This document shows, piece by piece, positions 1 to 9,786 of a stretch of DNA of 32,000 nt. Both the position numbers and the translations under genes were made by a program. The stretch is taken from the NCBI RefSeq assembly GCF_000009045.1, contig NC_000964.3, forward strand, positions 3,630,001 to 3,662,000, given 5' to 3'. Below the pieces are notes generated by a model. It saw only the letters and a program-made list of their open reading frames with translations, was not told where the DNA came from and made no database searches. This DNA is from Bacillus subtilis subsp. subtilis str. 168. Its GTDB lineage: Bacteria > Bacillota > Bacilli > Bacillales > Bacillaceae. Positions within the stretch are counted from its first letter, which is position 1. Each line of letters begins with the position of its first letter.

Positions 1-835
1 AGAGGTTATCGATGCCGAATGCTTTTTCCGCCTTCGTCATTCCTTCTTCAGTAAGCTGTACAGCTTTTGTTTTGATATCGTACGTGTAATCCTTCTCCGC
101 TTTTAACGTGCGGACAAAAGCATTTGCCTGTACGTACAGCTTAGTGGATTTTGCAGCTTGTCCAGAAATGATAAGCGGTGTTCTTGCTTCATCAATTAAA
201 ATAGAGTCAACTTCATCTATTACCGCAAAATGAAGCGGGCGCTGAACCATCTGCTCTTTATAAAGAACCATATTGTCACGCAAATAGTCGAAGCCAAGCT
301 CGTTGTTTGTGGAGTAAGTAATATCAGCGGCATAAGCTTCCCGTTTTTCGTCTTTTGACATTGAGTTTAAATTCAAACCGACAGTCAAACCGAGAAACTC
401 GAAAATTTTCCCCATTTGCTCAGCGTCACGGCTTGCCAAGTATTCGTTGACAGTCACGACGTGTACGCCTTTACCGGTTAACGCATTTAAATAAACAGGC
501 AGGGTAGACGTTAATGTTTTCCCTTCCCCTGTTTTCATTTCCGCTATATTTCCGTCATGAAGCGCCACGCCCCCCATGAGCTGGACTTTAAACGGAAACA
601 TGCCTGTTACGCGGCGTGAAGCTTCTCGAACAACAGCGAAAGCTTCAACAAGAAGATCATCCGTTGTCGCCCCTTTTTCAAGACGCTCTTTAAATTCAAT
701 TGTTTTATGTTTCAATGCGTCGTCAGAGAGATTTTCATAGTCTCCGCGAATCGCATCAATATCGTTAGCAATTTTTTCGTATCTATTCAGCGTACGTTTT
801 GTTGGATCAAACATTTTATTTAAAATTCCAAGCAT
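1..835 (-). CDS. secA: SecA preprotein translocase ATPase, N-terminal part (3' end of gene runs off the window)
   Basis: Minus-strand translation starts at 835: [39 protein letters not shown]..., with Walker A ([14 protein letters not shown]) and DEVD ([22 protein letters not shown]). Open to the window edge. Confidence 0.98.
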   Translation of the reverse strand, partial: MLGILNKMFDPTKRTLNRYEKIANDIDAIRGDYENLSDDALKHKTIEFKERLEKGATTDDLLVEAFAVVREASRRVTGMFPFKVQLMGGVALHDGNIAEMKTGEGKTLTSTLPVYLNALTGKGVHVVTVNEYLASRDAEQMGKIFEFLGLTVGLNLNSMSKDEKREAYAADITYSTNNELGFDYLRDNMVLYKEQMVQRPLHFAVIDEVDSILIDEARTPLIISGQAAKSTKLYVQANAFVRTLKAEKDYTYDIKTKAVQLTEEGMTKAEKAFGIDNL

Positions 836-970
836 TTATAACGCTCCTCTATCATCACACGCCTATTTTAGAGGCATGTATAAATAATTTACTAGTCCAT
901 GTATACCTCTCATTATCATATCATACCTTTTGTTATTTCCAAAGAATTTGCAAATAAGAAAAACAAAAAC

Positions 971-993
971 CTTCCGCGGACATCACGGAAGGC
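971..993 (-). terminator. Intrinsic terminator downstream of hpf
   Basis: Inverted repeat CCTTCCG...CGGAAGG; on the minus strand it is followed by TTTTTGTTTTT just after the hpf stop. Confidence 0.8.
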
Positions 994-1002
994 TTCTCTT
1001 CA

Positions 1003-1572
1003 TTATTCAGTCGGTTCAATTAAGCCATATTTCCCGTCATTTCTGCGGTACACGACATTTGTAAGGTTTGTTTCCGCATTTGTGAAAACAAAGAAATTAT
1101 GGCCGAGCATATTCATTTGCAAGATCGCTTCTTCACTATCCATCGGCTTTAAATTAAAGCGTTTCTGACGGACGATGTCCAAGCTCTCCTCCTCTTCTAT
1201 GTCATCCTGAACCGCAATATCTGTATCAGAGCCAAGACCGTTTGCCAATAAATATTTTGGAGAGCCCTGCTCACGGAATTTACGGTTTACTTTCGTTTTA
1301 TGCTTACGGATTTGACGTTCCAGTTTGTTTGTTGCGAGATCAATTGCGTTGTACATATCCTCGTTATGCACCTCGGACCGAAGCGCCAGATCTGTCATCG
1401 GAATCGTAACCTCAACCTTAGACTCCTTGTCATTGTAAAACTTCAAGTTGACGTTCACATCAGCATCCACGCTATGGTCAAAATAGCGCTCCAGCTTGCC
1501 GATCTTCCTCTCGACATGATCCTTTAACGCGGGTGTCACTTCAATATTTTCTCCTCTGATGTTATAGTTCAT
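1003..1572 (-). CDS. hpf: Long-form ribosome hibernation promoting factor
   Basis: 189 aa, MNYNIRGENIEVTPALKDHVERKIGKLERYFD..., N-terminal HPF/YfiA domain plus C-terminal long-HPF domain (RFNLKPMDSEEAILQMNMLGHNFFVF). ORF track starts one TTG earlier; ATG at 1572 sits behind AAAGGGAGG. Confidence 0.97.
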   Translation of the reverse strand: MNYNIRGENIEVTPALKDHVERKIGKLERYFDHSVDADVNVNLKFYNDKESKVEVTIPMTDLALRSEVHNEDMYNAIDLATNKLERQIRKHKTKVNRKFREQGSPKYLLANGLGSDTDIAVQDDIEEEESLDIVRQKRFNLKPMDSEEAILQMNMLGHNFFVFTNAETNLTNVVYRRNDGKYGLIEPTE

Positions 1573-1617
1573 CAAAGAACGCCTCCCTTTTATTAAGGAT
1601 ATGTATCTATTTCTCTT

Positions 1618-1643
1618 TTACCCTTTACAATTCCTGCTGAAAC
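1618..1643 (-). promoter_or_regulatory. Sigma-B-type promoter upstream of hpf (yvyD)
   Basis: Minus strand GTTTCA-14 nt-GGGTAA, matching the general stress consensus GTTTNA-N14-GGGTAA. An overlapping AGGAATT is also reminiscent of a sigma-H -35. Confidence 0.75.
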
Positions 1644-1762
1644 ATAAATCTTTTGTGAAAATTCAGTGAACTTTGTCGAATTTTGTTTGTATTTGCTCTG
1701 TTATTGGCGGTTCGGAGGTATATGTATATGCTGATTGAACGAAACAAATACCTCACACACGC

Positions 1763-2149
1763 CTAATTGATTAAAAAGGGTTCCATACATTGATGAATAG
1801 ACAGCATCCATTTTCTATAATGAATCAGAAAATGTTCCTTTAAATACTCACAGAACTCATGAGAGGGAAAAGAGAAAGAGACCAATTGATCAAACTCCGC
1901 AAAAATTTGGTCAAATGCTTTCACACAAATTTCAGCACACCGCGAATCCATAATGAAGAGAAGTGTTGAATGTGTTGAATCCAAATAAAAAAAGGCTTGG
2001 ATCAGATCTTGGTAGATCCGATCCCCTTCTGTTTTTGATAAATTCTCTTCAGCCTCTATCAAATAACACAACCCCTCTTCGATGGTAAAAAGAAGATGAT
2101 AATAAGCTGATAAAAGCGTATAATCTTCAATGCTCTTCAAGGCACTCAC
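1763..2149 (-). CDS. Small hypothetical protein between fliT and hpf
   Basis: 128-aa ORF (MSALKSIEDYTLLSAYYHLLFTIEEGLCYL...). GTG start immediately abuts the fliT TAG stop; alternative TTG start 3 codons later behind AGGTGAG. No family recognised. Confidence 0.55.
   Translation of the reverse strand: MSALKSIEDYTLLSAYYHLLFTIEEGLCYLIEAEENLSKTEGDRIYQDLIQAFFYLDSTHSTLLFIMDSRCAEICVKAFDQIFAEFDQLVSFSFPSHEFCEYLKEHFLIHYRKWMLSIHQCMEPFLIN
1987..2024 (-). terminator. Candidate intrinsic terminator inside the small ORF
   Basis: GGATCAGATC-TTGGTA-GATCCGATCC (10-bp arms, one mismatch); on the minus strand followed after 5 nt by seven T's. Confidence 0.5.
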
Positions 2150-2491
2150 CTATTTACGCTTGTCATAATATGTGCCGTCAATCGTAATGTTGTTATAAGG
2201 GTTTAAATACGTCGTATGCATCACACGTTTTCTTTTCATCTGCTGAAGTTCTGTTGCGATTGACTGCTTCAGTCTTTCCATTTCCTTCACAATCAGCTGA
2301 TCCCATGTCAAAATAAGTTTCATCTGCTTTCGCTCTTCTTCTGAAAGCGGCAGAGATATCTCCTGAATCAGTTCAGACCGTGTAGCCACAAAGTCTTCAA
2401 TTTGCTTTAAAAGTTCATCGCTTTCCGGCGTATTTTGTATGTGTGACAGCATACTCTTCGTCTCAGTGTATAGTTGATCTATATTATTCAT
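2150..2491 (-). CDS. fliT: Flagellar export chaperone FliT
   Basis: 113 aa immediately after fliS in the fliD-fliS-fliT order; overlaps fliS by 4 nt. Confidence 0.93.
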   Translation of the reverse strand: MNNIDQLYTETKSMLSHIQNTPESDELLKQIEDFVATRSELIQEISLPLSEEERKQMKLILTWDQLIVKEMERLKQSIATELQQMKRKRVMHTTYLNPYNNITIDGTYYDKRK

Positions 2492-2889
2492 GCGATCCCG
2501 CCTGATCCGTGCCGGTCCTTCCGCTCACTTTGAATGGCTTGTTTCCAAGCATCGCGAAAATCTGTTACATAACCTTCAACCTCAGCCAGCATGCCCGTAT
2601 CATTTTTGATATTTGCCTGTACCAATCTGCGATACATATAATCGTACATCGCACCCATAGAAGCGGAAAGCTCTATGTTACGGTTAAGTGTAAAATTTAA
2701 TTCCTGAATAATATTTTGCGCTTTAATCAGATTTTCATTTTTACGTTCCATATCATCATTCTCAATGGCCTGAGCGGCAAGTCTTATAAATTTCAAACAG
2801 CCATTATACAGCATAAGCGTCAGCTCCCCGGGTGTAGCCGTATTCACTGAATTTTGCTGATAGGCTGTATATGGATTTTGGATCGCCAT
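2488..2889 (-). CDS. fliS: Flagellin-specific export chaperone FliS
   Basis: 133 aa, MAIQNPYTAYQQNSVNTATPGELTLMLYNGCLKFI..., typical FliS N-terminus. Confidence 0.97.
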   Translation of the reverse strand: MAIQNPYTAYQQNSVNTATPGELTLMLYNGCLKFIRLAAQAIENDDMERKNENLIKAQNIIQELNFTLNRNIELSASMGAMYDYMYRRLVQANIKNDTGMLAEVEGYVTDFRDAWKQAIQSERKDRHGSGGIA

Positions 2890-2910
2890 GTGTCATCCTC
2901 CAAATTACAT

Positions 2911-4407
2911 TTATTGTACAAGAAGCTGTGATAAATAGGACGCTTGTTCGTTCATTTTTTGAATCGCAGAATCCATTGCACTGAATTTTGAATAATAGCG
3001 GTTTTCTATGGTATTCAATCTGTCCTGCATATCAGTTATTTCAGTACTTATCGAGTTTAAATTTTTTCCAATGGAATAGCTACTAGCTCCCATTGTCGAG
3101 TTCCCAGCTTTAGCTTCAATACTTTTCACAGTACTTCTAAGTGTATTAGTAATCCGCTTCATAATACCTTTATCGCTATAGTTACTATCATTTGTTCCAC
3201 TTGTAAAAAGATTAGCAACTCCTTGAGGATCTTCTGCTATTTTTGCTTTCAATTTCTCTTCGTTAATCTCTAAGTGCCCTCGCAGTTGGTAAGCACTTGA
3301 AGTTGTGATGCCAAATTCAGTTAATTGATAGGTTTTCCCATCCGCATTCACTTGAGTATAAAAGTCAGTCCGCATTTGGTTCGTGCCAGTGCTGATGCTT
3401 GAATCGTTTCTCAGCAATCCGCTTTTCGCCTTCTCCTCCCAGAGCTCTACCTCTTTATCGGACATGGCTTCTTTTTGTTCACTCGTGAGTGGCGTATAGT
3501 CTCGGTATTTTTCTTCTTTCAGCTTTTCATTCAGGCTGTCAACCAGTTCATTGTATTTATCTACAAACTCTTTGATTTGGTTATAAATCCCATCAACATC
3601 AGTAGAAACAGATGTGGTAACAGGGCCTGTGGCTGCAGTTGTATTTTTAATCGAATAAGTAACACCATTCACCGTGAAATTGTTTGTCAGCTTCTCCATT
3701 TCAAAGCCGTTGATTGTGACTTTGGCATTTGTGCCTTCTTTGTAAGCAGTAAGCTTATTATCAGCATCCAAAGAAAAACCAAGCTGACCGGACATAAAGT
3801 CAGCTGTAGCAGAGTCTGCTGCCTGTATGCTTCCTCCTGCACCTGTTGCTTTAGAAGAAAACGCAATCGTTTCTACGTACTCTGTACCATTCCAAATTTT
3901 ATCTTTAAATGCTGATACTCCTAGATCTGAGCTGTTAAGTTTAGAAATCACATTATCAATCGTATCGGCACTCGTCACACTAATGTTCACTGTTTTTGCT
4001 GTTGTTTCGCCAGGCGCAACAACGTTAAATGCCAAATTGTAATCGCCTTGTGTGTATCCCGTATAATTGTTTGCCTTATACGTTGCTGCAGTTGCCAAGC
4101 TCGCCACTTCAACAGTAGACGAAGAATTTGGCGCACTTACGCTTCCTGTAGCAGTTAACACAGACTCATTAGAGCTTGTCACAGTTTTGCTCTGATACGT
4201 GCTCGGATATGTCAACGTATTTTTAGACATATAATCTTGCAATTCTTTTATTTTTGAGTTTACTTCACGATAGCTGTCACGCTGCCATTCAAGAGTCTGC
4301 TTTTTTTGTGTCAGCTTATCAAGCGGCGCTCTTTCTGTCTGCATCAGCTTTGATACGATATCATCTATATCCATTCCTGACGCCAGACCTGTTATTCTTG
4401 TGACCAT
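2911..4407 (-). CDS. fliD: Flagellar filament capping protein FliD
   Basis: 498 aa, [32 protein letters not shown]..., typical FliD N- and C-terminal regions. Confidence 0.98.
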
Positions 4408-4424
4408 CTCAAACCACTCCTATT

Positions 4425-4754
4425 CTACTTTTTTTCATCTACAAATAACCCAAGAAATTCAGTCATAGCCGCATAAAAATCAAGCCACCGTTTTGGTGGA
4501 ATTTCGCGGATCACTTCATTTGTAGAGTCCTCTATTACCTTTACATAGTATTCATTTAACTTGTCATGAAGCTCGAACTTCAGATGAACTTGCGAAGGTT
4601 CCAAAAGCTTGTTCATTTCCCCCACCATTTCAGCAAGATTGGTATATGAAACTTGATGAACAGGAACCTCGTTATCATTATCTTTCTGATTATGTATTTG
4701 AGTATCATAACGATCCCAAACAGGTTGTAACGTAGTGAGCCTTTCAATGTTCAA
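4425..4754 (-). CDS. flaG: FlaG family flagellar protein (YvyC)
   Basis: 109 aa ending DKLNEYYVKVIEDSTNEVIREIPPKRWLDFYAAMTEFLGLFVDEKK, the FlaG family signature; located between hag and fliD. Confidence 0.92.
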   Translation of the reverse strand: MNIERLTTLQPVWDRYDTQIHNQKDNDNEVPVHQVSYTNLAEMVGEMNKLLEPSQVHLKFELHDKLNEYYVKVIEDSTNEVIREIPPKRWLDFYAAMTEFLGLFVDEKK

Positions 4755-4786
4755 TTGATCATCCCCTATGCCCCAATCTATCGTTT

Positions 4787-4812
4787 ATATCGACTAAGTC
4801 GAGATAAGATTA
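4787..4812 (-). promoter_or_regulatory. Sigma-D-type promoter upstream of flaG-fliD-fliS-fliT
   Basis: Minus strand TAAT-14 nt-GTCGATAT, close to the sigma-D pattern TAAA-N15-GCCGATAT. Confidence 0.65.
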
Positions 4813-4951
4813 CACATATTTTTGGAAAAAAATCTTCTGTTTTAGATTTCTTGTATGGAAATACATTTATAAAAAGTTAGTGGAGAATCCGGTTATTATA
4901 TCATGAGTTAGTGACAGGATGAGGAATGATTAGGAGATAGAAATTTAAATT

Positions 4952-4981
4952 AAAAGACCCTGGCAACGCCAAGGTCTTTTT
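4952..4981 (-). terminator. Intrinsic terminator of hag
   Basis: AAAAGACCCTGGC-AAC-GCCAAGGTCTTTT inverted repeat just downstream of the hag stop. Confidence 0.85.
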
Positions 4982-4986
4982 TAAAA

Positions 4987-5901
4987 TTAACGTAATAATT
5001 GAAGTACGTTTTGCGGCTGTTGGTTTGCTTGAGCAAGCATAGCTTGAGAAGCCTGAGAAAGAATGTTGTTCTTTGTGAATTCGCTCATCTCTTTAGCCAT
5101 GTCAACGTCACGGATACGAGACTCAGCAGCTGTCAAGTTTTCACCAGAAGCGCTTAAGTTGTTAATTGTGTGCTCTAGACGATTTTGTACCGCACCAAGC
5201 TTAGCACGTTGAGAAGAAACTTGGTTGATCGCTTCATCAACAACTTTCAATTGAGCATCGAAACCGATATCAGCAGTATCTGCTGCATTATCTGCGAATT
5301 TTGTTACGTCAAGATCATTAACTGAATGAAGAGCTGCAATTGAACCATCAGCTTCTTTAATTCCAAGAGCGTCAGCACCCATATCCTCAATATTTACAGA
5401 GATTTGCTGTGTAGCATTTGCTCCGATTTGGAATACCAAGTTCTTTTGATTTGCAGGAGTAGCTGTGTCAACTTTGTAAGTGCCATCGAGCAATTTCTTA
5501 CCATTGAATTCTGTACGATTTGAAATACCATCGATTTCATCTGTTAAAGCTGAAATTTCATCTTGAATAGATTGCAAATCAGTTGCTTTGTCCTGAGTTC
5601 CAGTGTTTCCAGCTTGAACAACTAGCTCACGAACACGTTGAAGGATCGCATGAGTTTCAGTTAATGCACCCTCAGCTGTTTGGATAAGAGAGATTCCGTC
5701 TTGAGAGTTTTTAGAAGCCATTTCAAGACCTCTGATTTGTCCTCTCATTTTTTCAGAGATCGCAAGACCTGCTGCGTCATCTCCCGCACGGTTGATGCGA
5801 AGACCTGAAGAAAGTTTCTCCATGTTCTTTTGGCTCGCACTGTTGTTTGAAGACAAACGGTTCAGTGTGTTAAGCGCTGCAATATTGTGGTTAATTCTCA
5901 T
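4987..5901 (-). CDS. hag: Flagellin
   Basis: 304 aa, MRINHNIAALNTLNRLSSNNSASQKNMEKLSSGLRINRAGDDAAGLAISEKM...LQLLR. Confidence 0.99.
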   Translation of the reverse strand: MRINHNIAALNTLNRLSSNNSASQKNMEKLSSGLRINRAGDDAAGLAISEKMRGQIRGLEMASKNSQDGISLIQTAEGALTETHAILQRVRELVVQAGNTGTQDKATDLQSIQDEISALTDEIDGISNRTEFNGKKLLDGTYKVDTATPANQKNLVFQIGANATQQISVNIEDMGADALGIKEADGSIAALHSVNDLDVTKFADNAADTADIGFDAQLKVVDEAINQVSSQRAKLGAVQNRLEHTINNLSASGENLTAAESRIRDVDMAKEMSEFTKNNILSQASQAMLAQANQQPQNVLQLLR

Positions 5902-5910
5902 TGTTTTGTT

Positions 5911-5947
5911 CCTCCCTGAATATGTTGTTAAGGCACGTCCTTGTGCC
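5911..5947 (-). promoter_or_regulatory. CsrA-type binding sites in the hag 5' leader
   Basis: Hairpin GGCAC-AAGGAC-GTGCC at 5932..5947 exposes GGA in the loop; a second GGA lies in the Shine-Dalgarno GGGAGGA at about 5911..5917. Confidence 0.75.
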
Positions 5948-5999
5948 CTTATTTTGTAACTGGCTGAGTCTTTTGCGCCTCCTCCCGGCTACATCATTA

Positions 6000-6025
6000 A
6001 TATCGGATTGTCTCTGATTTTGTTA
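6000..6025 (-). promoter_or_regulatory. Sigma-D-type promoter of hag
   Basis: Minus-strand CCGATAT (plus-strand ATATCGG at 6000..6006) with TAAC 15 nt upstream; long leader to the hag ATG. Confidence 0.75.
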
Positions 6026-6045
6026 ATACAAAAATAAAAAAATCC

Positions 6046-6270
6046 TCACTTTTTTTGTGAGGATAATGCGGAGATCACATCGCTGGATAACGCTGCTGCA
6101 CGGTTATTTTCTTCCTGAATGGTCAAGTAAATTTCTTTCCTGTGAATATCAATATGCTTTGGGGCGTCAATTCCAAGCTTCACTTGATCCCCTTCAACCG
6201 CAATCACTTTTACTTCAATATCAGCACCTATTTGAATCGCTTCGTTTATTTTCCGCGATAAAACTAGCAT
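6046..6270 (-). CDS. csrA: CsrA translational regulator
   Basis: 74 aa, [48 protein letters not shown]. Confidence 0.98.
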
Positions 6271-6695
6271 GATTCTCCTCCAATCGGATGCTTTGTCGTA
6301 TATGAGGAGTCGTGTAAAACGACTTGCTTAGCCATCATGTTCTTGCGATTCACAATAATGGGAGCCAATAAATTCGCAGTAGACTTTTCAAATGGCTCTG
6401 CCATAGTCAATATTGTCATGACTTCTACGTCTTGAATATTATCGATATCCAAAAGTTCAGCAGTTGATTCATCAAGATCAAATTCATAATTCTTAAAAAA
6501 GATAAACGGACTTACGACGATAAACGCAAGATTTTCTGAAGTGACGGACTGCAGTGCCACGAATGGAGAGTCTTCTGAAAGCGGAAGTATGACGAACTGT
6601 TTTTCTTCTAAAAAGCCTGGAATCCCGCTTTCAAAAAGAATGATTTGTTCTTCTTTTATGTTCATTTGGCCATGGTACTTCGTATGAATGATCAT
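6264..6695 (-). CDS. fliW: FliW flagellar assembly factor, CsrA antagonist
   Basis: 143 aa, characteristic FliW ([16 protein letters not shown]...); overlaps the csrA start. Confidence 0.97.
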   Translation of the reverse strand: MIIHTKYHGQMNIKEEQIILFESGIPGFLEEKQFVILPLSEDSPFVALQSVTSENLAFIVVSPFIFFKNYEFDLDESTAELLDIDNIQDVEVMTILTMAEPFEKSTANLLAPIIVNRKNMMAKQVVLHDSSYTTKHPIGGESC

Positions 6696-6715
6696 TGTTC
6701 ACGATCCTTTTCTTT

Positions 6716-7291
6716 TTACTTTTCGGGTGATTCTTTCGGGTATTCTACATCTATATTTAAATCAGGGTATTGAAGCATGTCAACCTTAACATTTCCTGGC
6801 GTATATTCAACAATTGGCTTATGCGGCTCAGCCTGAATAACAGGCTTTCGCGGCGTAATCTGCACATCAAGCTGTGACGGAGTATATTGTATTTTCACCC
6901 TCGAAAGAGAAGGAGCATAATTTTCGCCTAATTGAATTTGGTGCATTTCAGAGTTCCTCCTTGCTTGTGAAGCGATTGGGTTCCCCTTATTTTCAATCTT
7001 CATAAGCTCGTCGCCTTCTTCTGCAGTGCGTGCTATTCCCTCCATTACATCCTCATGCCCTTGTTGGGCGGCTTCTTCAATTCTCTTGAAAACATGCTTT
7101 CTGTCTAATTCTTCCCATGCTTGTGTCTGGTCAATCGTGAGTTTTCCAGGTGTCACCGATATTTCCATTTCCGCACTCGGCTGTTCGATCTCTAGATCAG
7201 CTTGAGGCTGCTCCATTTTTAAGCTGGCAGGCGTCGTTGTTAAACCAATTTTTCCTTGAACACTATGCATAATCAATCTGGGAATCTGCAT
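6716..7291 (-). CDS. yviE: DUF6470-like protein YviE of the flagellar cluster
   Basis: 191 aa, MQIPRLIMHSVQGKIGLTTTPASLKMEQPQADLEIEQPSAEMEIS; ATG at 7291 behind GGAGG; conserved position between flgL and fliW. Confidence 0.88.
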   Translation of the reverse strand: MQIPRLIMHSVQGKIGLTTTPASLKMEQPQADLEIEQPSAEMEISVTPGKLTIDQTQAWEELDRKHVFKRIEEAAQQGHEDVMEGIARTAEEGDELMKIENKGNPIASQARRNSEMHQIQLGENYAPSLSRVKIQYTPSQLDVQITPRKPVIQAEPHKPIVEYTPGNVKVDMLQYPDLNIDVEYPKESPEK

Positions 7292-7337
7292 CACTCTACC
7301 TCCTGAACTATAAAAAAAGCGAACTCCTAAGAGCCGC

Positions 7338-8234
7338 TTACTTTAAAAAGTCAATCAATGTAGGCTGAACAATTTGCGCATTAACGGCCAGAGTAGCCCT
7401 GTGCACACTTTGCTGCGCAATAAATTCAGTTATTACTTCTTCCAGTTCTACATCTTCATTGTCTGATAACACTTTGGTAGCTGTTTCTTCTTGCGCTGAC
7501 AGTCTTGTATTAACCAGTTCAAGACGATTATATCTCGCTCCAAGATCAGATCGTTCAGCGCTCATGCCGTCAGAAAAATGATCAATATCATTTAAAACAC
7601 TGTCCATGCCATCTAGCGAACCAGAATTTAGTGCTTTCTCAAAAGAATCAAGCATTTCAAATACATTCTGCCCGCTTTCAGAAGTGCCTCCAAAAGCTGA
7701 CTTTGGATCTGAATTCACTTTCAATGACATATTATTTGATATATTGACTACGACATCAGCTGTATCAGAAATTGTATAAGTTCCGTCTCCGTTATCTGTA
7801 ACCGGAGGCTTATCTGAATTTGTGCCATTAAAGATATATCTGCCGTTCACTTGTGTATTCGCAATATTTAAAAGCTGTTCCTTTAACTGCTTTACCTCTA
7901 CGCCAATCGCTTGCCGCTCCGGCTCGCCGTTTGTATCATTTTGAGCTTCAACCGCTAATTCTCTGACCTTTGACAAGATGTCAATTCCTTCTGTAATGTT
8001 TGTTTCTGTGTTTTCGAGCCAGGTAAAGGCTTGAGAAGCATTGCTTTTGTACTGCTGCACTTGAGACAGTTGCGTATTATACTTTAAGCTTTTCATTGCT
8101 ACTACAGGATCGTCGGAAGCTTTTGAGATTTTTTTTCCTGAAGAAATCTGCGACTGGAGTTTATCCAGCTTCGAGTAGCTTGAACCGATATATCTCAGTG
8201 AGTTTTGCTGTATCATGCCTTGTGTTACTCTCAT
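7338..8234 (-). CDS. flgL: Flagellar hook-associated protein 3
   Basis: 298 aa, [44 protein letters not shown]. Confidence 0.98.
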
Positions 8235-8244
8235 GTGACTCTAC

Positions 8245-9768
8245 CTACCTTCCTCCAACACCCATGCCGTTGATCACTTTATCAAGCAATTCGTCTTGTA
8301 AAGTCACCATTCTTGCAGCTGCATTGTATGCGTGTTGGAATTGAATCATATTCGTCATTTCTTCGTCTAAAGAAACTGCGCTCATTTGCTGACGGTTTAT
8401 GTCAGCATCATTCAGCTGTGTTTCTGTATTAGACGCCAGTCGATTAGCCTCTTGAGCTTCGATCCCTAGCTCGCCAATCAGACCCGCATAATAATCTAAA
8501 ACACTAGTTTCTTTACCGTTAATGGTTATTTTACCGGTTAAAACATTTGCTAATTTTGTAGCATTTGCGTTATCGTTGGCTGCGCCAGTCAGTGAGAAAG
8601 CAATGTTTGCGCCTTTTGAATCTATTATGCTGTCAGCCACTTTGATCTTGCCCGCCGCGCCCTTGGCAGGTTCAGTTTCACCGCCAGTAAAATCAAAAAA
8701 GTCTCCGCCTTGTTCACCGCTCTTGGTCACACCATTTCTGTGCACTTCATTGAAAGCTTTCGCGAATTCAAGCGCCATATTGTCAAGATCAGAAAGCATT
8801 TCCGGGTATACGCCCTTTTCTTGGCCATCTGCTGTTATATACCCATAAGACTCTATAAACCCTAAAAGGGATCCCTTGCTGCTAAAGGACTCCGCCTGTA
8901 CAGCTGTATCCCCGATTGAAATACTTGATACTAACCCAGTTTCATTATCATAGTTGGCTGCAAGTTCTGAAACCTCGTAATTTTTACCGTCCAAAACAGT
9001 TCCTAGCGACTGTTTATTTTTATCAAGGATTTCAATTGATACAGTTCCTTCAGCAGATGCAAGTGCATTCCCGCCTGATTTGTTGTAGCTGACTTTGATA
9101 TCAACCATTGAGGATAATTTATCGATCAGCAAATCTCGCTGGTCATATAAGCCATTCGGAAGAAGCCCGACCGGCTCTACTTGTGCAATTTGCTTATTTA
9201 AACTGTTTAACTGAGAAAGCAGAGAATTGACATCCAACACAGTTGTATTTAGCTCTGCTTTTAAATTCGATTGGACATTTGTAAGTGATTCAGAAATATA
9301 ATTAAACGTTTCAGCTACAGCTTGTCCTTTTCGAGCAACAACAGAACGTGCACTTTCTTCATTTGTATTATTCGATAATTCCTGCAGGGAATTCCAAAAC
9401 GAATTGAGCACACTGTTCAAGCCGCTGTCATCCGTTTCATTTAAAACGCCTTCCATTTGGGACAGCGCTTTTGCCTTCGTGTCATAGTATCCGGCACTGT
9501 TGTTTTGAAGACGGTATTGGTAGTCAAGAAAGATATCTCTTATTCTCTCAACTGATTTTCCTTGAACGCCCGTACCCATTTGTCCCGCTGTTTTTTCTGC
9601 ATTTTTAGATACAGCAGGGAAATAGTCAGTTGCCTCCAATGAGACCCGCTGTCTTGTATAACCATCAGTATTGGCATTTGCCACGTTATTTGCAGTAGTG
9701 CTTAACGCTGCCTGCTGAGCGCTTAACGCCCGCCTTGCAGTTTCAAGCCCCATAAAGGTAGATGTCAT
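8245..9768 (-). CDS. flgK: Flagellar hook-associated protein 1
   Basis: 507 aa, TFMGLETARRALSAQQAALSTTANNVANANTDGYTRQRV. Confidence 0.98.
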   Translation of the reverse strand: MTSTFMGLETARRALSAQQAALSTTANNVANANTDGYTRQRVSLEATDYFPAVSKNAEKTAGQMGTGVQGKSVERIRDIFLDYQYRLQNNSAGYYDTKAKALSQMEGVLNETDDSGLNSVLNSFWNSLQELSNNTNEESARSVVARKGQAVAETFNYISESLTNVQSNLKAELNTTVLDVNSLLSQLNSLNKQIAQVEPVGLLPNGLYDQRDLLIDKLSSMVDIKVSYNKSGGNALASAEGTVSIEILDKNKQSLGTVLDGKNYEVSELAANYDNETGLVSSISIGDTAVQAESFSSKGSLLGFIESYGYITADGQEKGVYPEMLSDLDNMALEFAKAFNEVHRNGVTKSGEQGGDFFDFTGGETEPAKGAAGKIKVADSIIDSKGANIAFSLTGAANDNANATKLANVLTGKITINGKETSVLDYYAGLIGELGIEAQEANRLASNTETQLNDADINRQQMSAVSLDEEMTNMIQFQHAYNAAARMVTLQDELLDKVINGMGVGGR

Positions 9769-9786
9769 TTTCTGAATTCCTTTCTG

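Noticed and set aside
899-1168. Plus-strand 89-aa ORF overlapping hpf
   Set aside because: Antisense to the hpf 3' end and its terminator, no recognisable family, no convincing ribosome binding site.
3475-4042. Plus-strand ORFs (146 and 71 aa) inside fliD
   Set aside because: Shadow ORFs antisense to a well-supported gene; low-complexity, hydrophobic/Cys-rich translations.
6057-6272. Plus-strand 71-aa ORF over csrA
   Set aside because: Entirely antisense to csrA, no independent support.
8522-8848. Plus-strand 108-aa ORF inside flgK
   Set aside because: Shadow ORF of the flgK coding strand.
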